A stretch of 64,000 nt of DNA, from contig JBHLRP010000002.1 of NCBI GenBank assembly GCA_048882485.1, positions 70,527-134,526 on the forward strand, read 5' to 3'. The position numbers were made by a program, and so were the translations under genes. This document shows positions 57,901-64,000 of this stretch, in pieces (the stretch's first letter is position 1; each line of letters starts with the position of its first letter). Origin of the DNA: Candidatus Thorarchaeota archaeon (lineage in GTDB: Archaea; Asgardarchaeota; Thorarchaeia; Thorarchaeales; Thorarchaeaceae). The notes beneath the pieces are model-generated. The model did not search any database. It was given only the letters and a program-made list of their open reading frames with translations, and was not told the origin of the DNA.

Positions 57901-60900
57901 GCCAATTGGAATCCTCTGAATAGGCCATATCATGATGATGCTGATATTGGCGTTTCAGTGGTGACAACCGAGCGAGATGCCGACGTACAGATTCTAGTTC
58001 CTCCATCACAGACCCAATATTGGGACAATGTGACACTGACCTTTGCATACTTTGATCTTGGCAGAGGTGTAGAAATCACCGGCATAACAGCCTCAAACAT
58101 TGAAGTGTGGGCGGAGGGTGCGCTTCTTGCTACAGGAGACTTCATACTGACTCCTATCGGACCCAACTTCCAGCTGGAAGTCAACTCCTCTGTCTTGAGC
58201 CCGACTTTGGTTAGCGGCTTTAATCTGACAATTTTCGTTGACTGGAATAATCTCGCTGCACCGTATTATCTCGATGATTCAACACTAGTCAGAGTCACTC
58301 TTGTTGGAAGGAGAATGACGTTTTCAGCTGACCCCATTGGCGATGCTGACCTTGGAGGCCTCTTGAACATCACATTCCGTCTTTTTGATCAAGATCAAGG
58401 ATGGCTTATAGCAGGTGCTATAATCTCCTTTGATGGTCAGACTGTTTCTCTGACGCTTGGAGTGAATTATTGGGTAAATGACGTGGGCGGAGTATATACC
58501 ATAAGTGTCGACACGCTAGCATTAGGCAGTCCCGGTCCTTACAAGTTTGATTTGGATATTGCGTGGAATCCTGGCACAGCCCCATTCTATAGCGCCCTCG
58601 CAGCAATTGAATTGACCGGTGTCGTTCGAGAGATAGACACCGATTTGACATTGCTTAGTCCCGCCACGGGGATTGTTGAAGTCTATTGGCAAGACCAGGC
58701 GTACGTTGATGTTTCCTTCGATGACCTGTTCAATCTAGTTACTATACCCGGAGCAATAGTAAGGTATGATTCAGGAATAGCAAATGGTTTCTTTGATGAA
58801 TCCATTGTCACTCCTGGGACTTACAATGCCTTTATTTCGACAGAAAATGCCACCACTGGAACTCATGTTGTATCTATAACTGCGAGCCTAGCCAATTATG
58901 AAACTGCCATAACATATGTTACCATTATCGTAAAGGCACTGCCGTCAGAGATGATTCCAATTTCCCCAGTATCTGGACAGGATTTCATCAGTAGAGGGAG
59001 CGCCATAGAAATAACCATCTATCTGCGAGATGACTACATTACACTCGCACCTATAGTAGACTCCAGAGTGCTATCCGTATTGGCGAATTTTGAAGGAGTT
59101 GACTATCCAGTTGTCTACAACGGCACAGTAGGATATTACGAGCTTCTCATACCCGCAGATGGCCCAACCATTCTTGACATTGGGACTTACAATGTCCGGG
59201 TCACTGCGACCTTCAACTTCTATGACCCTGCAACGTATCTGTTCAGAGTTACACTGACTCAATCAGCTACCGAGCTTAGGTTCACAGGAACCACAGCAGA
59301 GGATATGTCACGTGTTTACACTCAAAGTGTCAATTTCTCAGTCATGCTGGTTCTACCTGATTTTGGAGATGCCCTATTCTATAATTCTACTATCACGTGG
59401 TCCGTTGTTGGTACTAGTTTGTCTGGAACATTAGCAAATCCACGAACAGGCTATTATTCAAAGATTGTCGATACCACCACTATTGGATACGGTATCTGGC
59501 CTATATCCATTAGAGCAAGAACATGGGCCAATGCATCAGAGTTTGCGGACACATCCATACAACTCACACTGACAATAACGAGGATCCCAACGACTGTGAT
59601 TCGTCCTGGGAATCTTGATGTCTATTGGGGATGGAGTGGAAATATAGAGTTTATCTACTCCGCGGGTTCGTTCGGCAATGTAACAGGTGCTAATGCACCA
59701 TTCACATGGGACGTAGTGAGTGGGAATGCAACTGGAGGGCCAAATGGTCGGTATTTTGTATTCGTTAACACTTCACTTGTTACCCCAGGATTCTATACCC
59801 TGAGTCTCACACTCAGCAAGGAGAACTACCAAGAGGGACCCGCATCAATATTGATTAGAGTCCTAGAAGTGCCCACATCAATCTTCGTAGACTCGGTCGT
59901 CTATACTCCAGCATATGCAGGAGAATTACTCTCCATGACTGATCTACAGATTCCTCTTGGCGAGTCAATGGTCATCGATTTATGGTATAATGACACTGAT
60001 GACTCCGAAGGGTATCTTGGAGGACTACCCGGAGCATTTGCTACAGCTAACAGCTTCCTTAGAGGCCCGACAATAGACACACCACTGAATGTTTCATTGG
60101 TTGATTTGGGGCTTGGACTGTATCGAATAACATTTGACACAACAGACCCGGATATCGCAGCTATTGTCACAGACGAGCCATACAGGTTCTACATCGAAAT
60201 GGACCTGGAGAATCGTAGAATTGCTGAGATACTGATTAGAATCGTCGTCATCGATATTCCAACTGAGCTGACTGTCATTGATGATGTACCTGACGAGATA
60301 ATCAATGGTGATACGATCGTCTTTGAGATATTTCTCAATGATACTTGGCATAATGTGGGGCTTGCAGGACAAGATATTGTGCTAACAAGTGAAGGCGGCC
60401 TGCAAGGTGCAGTAGGATTGAATTGGGAGGATATGGGCAATGGGTACTACCGTATCACTCTGAGTACTGGCGGATTTATGAATGCGGGCGCTGGCTTTGT
60501 CACAATTAATGTCGAAATTCCGGGTTATGCTCCTATGACTACAAATGTTTTGCTATCGATTTTGCCGAGTGAAACCGACAGAATGTTTCAATCGGTACTC
60601 CTCTATGGCCTCCCACTAAGTTTAATGCTATTCATTTTGCTTGGCGCTTACATTAGGGTATGGAGTGTGCCGAAGAAACTTAGGCAAATCAACGGCCAGA
60701 TCAAGAAGCTCCGGAAGGGGAAAGTGCCTGAACCAATAGCGGATGTGAAAAGCCGTCGAGAATTGATTGCAGATCTCTTCAATAACACCTTTGGCGAATT
60801 GCAACTCACACGAGTAGCATCTCAGATGCCAGAGGAGTCAGTTCCTATCGAGATACCAGAAATGGGTGACCTTCTCATTCAACTTGCTATACTGACAAAT

Positions 60901-61365
60901 CTTGATGCTGATGAGCTCGATGAGTTCAAGGCTGACATCTCAAAGATGAAAATCAGTGAGCAAGCGGCATTTGTGCGAGAGGTCATTGAACAGGAAGCAG
61001 TTAGAGCTGCTCGGCGTGAAGGAAAAACAGTTGAAGAGATTCTTGAGCAAATTGCTGATCAAGCTGCTCGCCAACTTGAAGGAGTCGAGGAAGAAATCCC
61101 TGCACCGCAGATCTTGGATGTGGAGCCAGAAGTGGCTGAAGAAGTGGCGGAGCCAATTGTCAGTAAGCCGGAGGAAGCCGAAGAGATGATTGAAGTCATT
61201 ATGGATGATCGACTCAGCTTATTTGAGATTGAGGACATTAAGTTGGAGCTTGTCCGTCGTGGTGTTCCTGCTCACGAAATCGATATTATCATTAAACAGG
61301 TCAAGGACCTGCCACGAGAATTGGTGGACGAGTTGATTGAGAGCGTAGATCGAAACGACAAGTAG
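51958..61365 (+). CDS. Giant cell-surface glycoprotein paralog (~3135 aa): signal peptide, DUF2341+LamG, Ig-like repeats, TM, cytoplasmic domain
   Basis: MRKGAIISLSLVILFFLPSVIP signal; YKKDITIN..FPVMVSL; FFDGVMDEVRIS; colinear with the upstream paralog; TM GLPLSLMLFILLGAYI. Confidence 0.85.
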   Translation: MRKGAIISLSLVILFFLPSVIPMDGSSVPAAVIPTPFDGQGLLADSSGPYTGKGGALDVTYQGTFTTNASTWSANGQSYAADYSLGTSFSVQNASTVTWTAYVSVSPPAEVEDVSFSVDYPRLEWIPTAVTDPLGVSKTNPVDWTCSLGVLTVSSTAVVTYGLWKIEFLGGNHLYDMQFDLGGGVEATTATYDIGQDMEIKGVSSFINGGTSQLVLTDPTGTVWQTMTDTTSGFSSHVIPSFQYKKDITINQAAVGADLDYFPVMVSLIDTGLHNHAQSSGNDIVFVQNGLVLDHEIEIYNPTYSPTEAQLIAWVKANVSGSVDTVISMYYGNPIVGPLENPTAVWTQNYGAVYHLGESATDEGTSAVHYDSTSNSYYGNQTGNAGAPGLVSGSQDFDGIDDKVVVDSSLGFDPTGDLTISGWFNLDSTFTSSSGTSQVLMAKYLTNDDDMHIALAGTDYSQATMTKGSLVFKMENNNAQKYKCTQRITWGSSNWFYFAATVDADTPNNNQIYINGLLDTNATSVAGGASYGNLTFSADWEIGGGFTDGQIPGGQGFFDGVMDEVRISTTLRSGAWLLAEYYNLALPGSFYSIGSESERSVVAPKFTKAIDATAIAGLWTAYVHYNDSGASVDHRVGEYQREFIVQHNSTLTIDSPTGIATKVVGDLLYIAVNLTDDITAGFVSGATVTANWTDTGTPIIVSLEDYGDGRYGKVLNTSDLQDNRRWRIDIQSSHPYYNDASAFFNLDLIHDTTLAYDSLTTTPVGWRLEVSLLYKDTFDGSPISGATIKFSNGTLANVVWAGGGRYNLSLSSFGLSKGNHMFSFVAEPPSSYLADGTVDVTFTIRAHQTAVSVSGDLLVPFGEDTPLTIQLIDLDNQTIVPIGSVSDFTFTTSSYGVQTDNSPADYLFTLVSNGWSITPSESVTLSVTLSDSNYIVPDDHVFSIEIRAHYTSVSVSGDLGKPLGNNTPITVVLTDLDTGSQIAIGNVASFSFASSYGTQDENSLSSFDVTLSTSGWAVGSTTVTLTVAMSSSNYFAPAAYDFDVVIESLTIYMYHEPSNLRFSTGQDFLVFLRVNVSEPGPSYGSPVQSLIQGEFLVPGYSISIDTTDQSIGRYGLTISAASFSDGYHTITVYLDPSSANYASTTLVITFRYEPGLAALSSPSYPQITTPFGTDVQISLTYEDADSGTPITGATIGGDIATYTQNYTAGVYTIWIDVAGYTEGSHQFTLWADEANYQNKTLTFTLVIRNAFTYALPSVGALDIPLGNDPIFTVDYHDIDNDVPVSNVSSDVTVVSSWGSFDVVYLSGPGLYEITFNTVDTDTLVQNLVVTFTFSRPNYQDGAFTISVTIRPHNTDFRLVSAVDPTTFNGIINISLYYGDIDNAIGIEPLGSLTITAVNDSGPVLFSTIDEGGGFYTVQIAANQFDQGLHTFNITFSWSGPIQKYQTKWLEVTANVIGEDSRLTIMAASEPTAYLGMMSYIFFYSDQGGVGITNDTFNVHISVSFQGISVDLGQVSIQEINSISQPGNYSIDFNTTIFPGTGLYYMNVYINWTEGVAPFYTNRFDVISVRVLPRDTLVSVTPPSPTYYGETAWFIFTFDDVTGGSNVPIADDPALDITISLLGYSVNYLSGTKQFNVSFDTSLLGAPLGSRPFTLDVTWAGAPFYTNRTGRTISIVLLARLTVLDYQAPAPTPYQDNVTFTVTWTDVTNVASGISIDTLVLYDVATPIPYPTFYSWTSLGNGQYEITVNTTYYTDPGFYNLIVELTSADFFISDVSASRVFNVRQRVTLLSAEPTDRLPYNSTLQFVLNYQDLLTLGVIGNGSGLVTFEILNSSTWYYSISWNAVLKQYDFTVETYNHPTLAIDTPYALEVRMTYANVAPFYGADTAYILFELRSRSSKLVLQDTPESTPYLDYANFTIFYRDLDAAGSVGIVADSIEVYKGAIPLTQGTDYLVSNLGLGVYLLSVNTTALDGLGATVLDVFANWNPLNRPYHDDADIGVSVVTTERDADVQILVPPSQTQYWDNVTLTFAYFDLGRGVEITGITASNIEVWAEGALLATGDFILTPIGPNFQLEVNSSVLSPTLVSGFNLTIFVDWNNLAAPYYLDDSTLVRVTLVGRRMTFSADPIGDADLGGLLNITFRLFDQDQGWLIAGAIISFDGQTVSLTLGVNYWVNDVGGVYTISVDTLALGSPGPYKFDLDIAWNPGTAPFYSALAAIELTGVVREIDTDLTLLSPATGIVEVYWQDQAYVDVSFDDLFNLVTIPGAIVRYDSGIANGFFDESIVTPGTYNAFISTENATTGTHVVSITASLANYETAITYVTIIVKALPSEMIPISPVSGQDFISRGSAIEITIYLRDDYITLAPIVDSRVLSVLANFEGVDYPVVYNGTVGYYELLIPADGPTILDIGTYNVRVTATFNFYDPATYLFRVTLTQSATELRFTGTTAEDMSRVYTQSVNFSVMLVLPDFGDALFYNSTITWSVVGTSLSGTLANPRTGYYSKIVDTTTIGYGIWPISIRARTWANASEFADTSIQLTLTITRIPTTVIRPGNLDVYWGWSGNIEFIYSAGSFGNVTGANAPFTWDVVSGNATGGPNGRYFVFVNTSLVTPGFYTLSLTLSKENYQEGPASILIRVLEVPTSIFVDSVVYTPAYAGELLSMTDLQIPLGESMVIDLWYNDTDDSEGYLGGLPGAFATANSFLRGPTIDTPLNVSLVDLGLGLYRITFDTTDPDIAAIVTDEPYRFYIEMDLENRRIAEILIRIVVIDIPTELTVIDDVPDEIINGDTIVFEIFLNDTWHNVGLAGQDIVLTSEGGLQGAVGLNWEDMGNGYYRITLSTGGFMNAGAGFVTINVEIPGYAPMTTNVLLSILPSETDRMFQSVLLYGLPLSLMLFILLGAYIRVWSVPKKLRQINGQIKKLRKGKVPEPIADVKSRRELIADLFNNTFGELQLTRVASQMPEESVPIEIPEMGDLLIQLAILTNLDADELDEFKADISKMKISEQAAFVREVIEQEAVRAARREGKTVEEILEQIADQAARQLEGVEEEIPAPQILDVEPEVAEEVAEPIVSKPEEAEEMIEVIMDDRLSLFEIEDIKLELVRRGVPAHEIDIIIKQVKDLPRELVDELIESVDRNDK

Positions 61366-61369
61366 ACTA

Positions 61370-62188
61370 TCAATCCACTTTCCCGTTTTCCTCTGTGTTG
61401 AGGAAATGAGAGAGTGGGAGAGTGGTGCCAGATGCAACCGGCTTTGTCCTAGAGGCTCGTCTGACTGGATACTGTGGATGCTTTGACAAGGTGTACTTGA
61501 TATACATCTTGGACTCCTCTACATGCACATGCACCTGCGCGCAGCTGGCTAGCGCCTTGCCTCCTGCAGGAGTCCTAGCGCTTCTTGGTGATGATGGTGC
61601 TGAGATTACTGTGGCTATTCCCCTCTGTAGGGTGAATGTCATTAGATTGGTCGCCATGTGTGTGAGTTGTTGGAGTCCCTCCCCTGTTAGCCCTTCTGAG
61701 ATGTACAGGTCCGGAAGTCCAGTCACGATGAGAAGTCTCGCACGGACTCTATCGAAGAAAGACTTGAGCTGGTCCATCACAAGGTCGTACGTCTGAGACG
61801 CATTGAATGCTCGAGAGATATAGATTCTGTCCATTGCATCCTCTGGCTCAAGTCCGAGGTCGAACGCGTGGTCACTGATTCTCTCAATCTTAATCATATT
61901 GGCACTATCGATAATTATCGTTGGGCTGTCTGCACCGCCTCTGTCATTAGGGAGTTGAGCCTGAACTGCAAAACGGAGTAGGTCATCATGAAGACTACGT
62001 GAGCCGTAGAATAGGTGTGTGAGGCCCATCTCAATACCACCCCCGAGTAAGTTATCGATTGAAACGTAGCCACTGCTCATTCTTCGTCTCTCCACCTTGT
62101 CCGCAGTGAAAAACCCTGGTCTTATCTTGGATTCCGCGCCCTTCATCTCACACTCGTCCTCCGCTCGAGCGTTTTTATCCACCCCCAA
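61370..62188 (-). CDS. RadA/RecA-fold paralog with degenerate Walker A
   Basis: SSGYVSIDNLLGGGIEMG, IIIDSAN, RIYISRAFN; P-loop position reads FYGSRSLHDD (no GKT); exact start uncertain. Confidence 0.75.
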   Translation of the reverse strand: MGVDKNARAEDECEMKGAESKIRPGFFTADKVERRRMSSGYVSIDNLLGGGIEMGLTHLFYGSRSLHDDLLRFAVQAQLPNDRGGADSPTIIIDSANMIKIERISDHAFDLGLEPEDAMDRIYISRAFNASQTYDLVMDQLKSFFDRVRARLLIVTGLPDLYISEGLTGEGLQQLTHMATNLMTFTLQRGIATVISAPSSPRSARTPAGGKALASCAQVHVHVEESKMYIKYTLSKHPQYPVRRASRTKPVASGTTLPLSHFLNTEENGKVD

Positions 62189-62261
62189 AAAACGCGGGTG
62201 CAGTTGCCATTCACTTTAAATGTCATCCCCGCATATGTATGTTCTCAGGCCGGGAGGAATC

Positions 62262-62465
62262 ATGGATAAAACGCAGAAAATCAGAGTATGCCCCCGTTGT
62301 GGGAATTCCCAAATACGAGAGGCGAAGACCTCTGTAAGTGGCTGGCTGGTTCCAAAGACCTACTACTGTTCAAATGAGGAGTGCGGCTATTCCGGTTCCG
62401 TCTTTGTCGAAATAGAGGCGGATGAAGCCGACAAGTTCAGGCGTGCGATCAATGGCGACAAGTGA
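62262..62465 (+). CDS. Small Zn-ribbon protein
   Basis: CPRCG...YYCSNEECGY; ATG at 62262 after GGGAGG. Confidence 0.7.
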   Translation: MDKTQKIRVCPRCGNSQIREAKTSVSGWLVPKTYYCSNEECGYSGSVFVEIEADEADKFRRAINGDK

Positions 62466-62535
62466 GAAAATAGCTATCTGAACGAAGCAATAGACTCAAA
62501 AGTGGGCAAGGAACATCCTGCACCGGTGACTACTA

Positions 62536-62961
62536 TTGGTTACGTACGAAGGTTTTGAGTGGCCTGACGATCTGTTCTACACTGAAGACCAGATCTGGTT
62601 GAAGAAGGAGGACGGAAAGGTCCGCCTTGGATTTACCACTTTCGGCATGGACTTGGCTGGGAAGATCAAATTCGTACGCCTACGACCTGCTGGCAAAGCC
62701 ATCAAGGCTGGCCGCAGTATTGGCACTCTTGAGTCAGGGAAGTGGACCGGGCCTGTCAAGTCCCCAGTTACTGGGACCATCGCAGAGGTCAATGATGCGC
62801 TGAAAGACAATCCTGGACTGCTCAACGATGACCCATATGGTGCAGGTTGGGTGGCAGTGATTGAGCCAGAGGATCTAGACGGTGAGATTGGTACTCTTCA
62901 GGGAGGAGCCGGTCTCGAGGACTGGGTCAAGAAGGACTATGCCGAGAAGAAGGCTCAATAG
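62536..62961 (+). CDS. gcvH: Glycine cleavage H-like lipoyl carrier protein
   Basis: LESGKWTGPVKSPVTG (lipoyl Lys), VNDAL..NPGLLNDDPYGAGW. Confidence 0.88.
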   Translation: MVTYEGFEWPDDLFYTEDQIWLKKEDGKVRLGFTTFGMDLAGKIKFVRLRPAGKAIKAGRSIGTLESGKWTGPVKSPVTGTIAEVNDALKDNPGLLNDDPYGAGWVAVIEPEDLDGEIGTLQGGAGLEDWVKKDYAEKKAQ

Positions 62962-62975
62962 ATTAGGAACGAAAC

Positions 62976-63001
62976 TGTGGTGCCGGAATCCCCGGCCCAC
63001 A
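62976..63001. terminator. GC-rich hairpin between convergent genes
   Basis: TGTGG-T-GCCGG-AATCC-CCGGC-CCACA between the gcvH stop and the cdc6-like stop. Confidence 0.45.
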
Positions 63002-63007
63002 ATCACT

Positions 63008-64000
63008 TCATTTTCTTCTAGCTAACTCTCTACGCAGACTCAGTGAGGCATCATAGAGGATTTCTGGCGGCGCAATTAGATACAGAAGATTTCTTGAGTA
63101 CCCCGACTCAAAGACTATGCTCTGAAATATCAGTGTCTGAAGACTCTTCTCGATGTCCTCTGGAATGAACCTTATGCCTAATTCTTCACATTTGATCATT
63201 ACAAGTTCGTTGAGGGTCTGTCTGTCAATGTATGTCTCAGTCTTGTATGTCATCAGATGTTGAGAAAGACTCTCTAGAACTAAGAGCGTCATGAAATCAT
63301 TCATGCTGATAGCATCGATAGTGTCCATGTAGTCCAAGTCCTGTGCTGCAGTGGTTATGTTCGAGGTGGCCGCCCGAACGGCGTCTGACGTTATCTCCTG
63401 ACCACTCGATGCCATGGGCCACAATGCCTTGAGGGCTTCAACAGAAGTCCTCGGCTTGCCAGCATCGAATTCAATGACGCAGTCGGTGATGTATCTAACA
63501 ACTTCTTCAGTAAGGCCAAGTGGAAACGTGTCCTCCACTCTTTGTCTGACTATCTCATAGAGCTGTGACTGAGTATAGGTGTCAAGAGGAATCTCAAAGT
63601 CATAAGCGACCTTGGTTGCTGGACCCTTTGTGAGCAGTCTGTAATCGTGACTGTTCAACACCCCAATCGTGCTGGCTCCAATCTCCTTTGAAAGATGCGC
63701 GAGCTTCGAATAGACCTCCTCATTTGCTTCATCGATTCCATCGATGACAAAGACGGTCTTCTTTGTCGCAGAAGCTGCCATTCTCTTGAACTGCATCCAG
63801 AGCACATCAAGATCGAACGCCACGGTGATTGGAGAATTGGTTTCCTGGTGTATCTTGTCGTTCAGCTCTGCAACAACTTCTAGGGTGTCCTTCCTGCGCG
63901 CATCAACATAGACAGTATACGCATCAAAATGCTGTGGCGTGAGTTTGGTTAGGAAGTACCTGCTGAAAACAGTCATGCCGACGCCGGTTATTCCATGGAC
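63008..64000 (-). CDS. Cdc6/Orc1-like AAA+ protein with degenerate Walker motifs (partial, continues past right edge)
   Basis: Frame is open to the window edge: VHGITGVGMT (Walker A), VFVIDGID (Walker B), YTQSQLYEIVRQRVE lid motif, C-terminal winged helix. Confidence 0.75.
   Translation of the reverse strand, partial: VHGITGVGMTVFSRYFLTKLTPQHFDAYTVYVDARRKDTLEVVAELNDKIHQETNSPITVAFDLDVLWMQFKRMAASATKKTVFVIDGIDEANEEVYSKLAHLSKEIGASTIGVLNSHDYRLLTKGPATKVAYDFEIPLDTYTQSQLYEIVRQRVEDTFPLGLTEEVVRYITDCVIEFDAGKPRTSVEALKALWPMASSGQEITSDAVRAATSNITTAAQDLDYMDTIDAISMNDFMTLLVLESLSQHLMTYKTETYIDRQTLNELVMIKCEELGIRFIPEDIEKSLQTLIFQSIVFESGYSRNLLYLIAPPEILYDASLSLRRELARRK

Noticed and set aside
1-64000. Selenoprotein (in-frame TGA readthrough) or programmed frameshift genes
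   Set aside because: Recognised genes appear full length at their stops and I saw no split domain requiring recoding; not exhaustively tested

Overview
Gene-dense archaeal chromosomal segment, most likely from an Asgard archaeon (Thorarchaeia-like). This is inferred from gene content: archaeal GluRS, ThiI, AlaX-M, a histone, eS25, a longin-small GTPase fusion, an ESCRT-II Vps22/EAP30-like domain and giant DUF2341/LamG surface proteins. I recognised no rRNA, tRNA, CRISPR array, transposase or integrase. Most notable: (1) two coupled DapA-family aldolase-Fae fusion genes whose Fae domains are degenerate in complementary ways; (2) a 22.8-28.3 kb cluster of eukaryote-signature-like genes (steadiness-box/CdvA-like coiled coil, longin-GTPase, NPRL2-like longin+winged-helix protein, Zn finger, coiled-coil/Ig/Vps22 fusion); (3) eS25 that seems to start at a non-canonical ATC/ATT codon and carries a histone-H1-like Lys-rich repeat tail; (4) a structured ~400-nt intergenic element overlapping a small ORF, upstream of a TPR-nitrilase gene; (5) two tandem giant membrane-anchored surface proteins sharing a highly conserved cytoplasmic tail; (6) Walker-motif-degenerate RadA-like and Cdc6/Orc1-like proteins. 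All family assignments were made by eye from motifs; no database searches were run.
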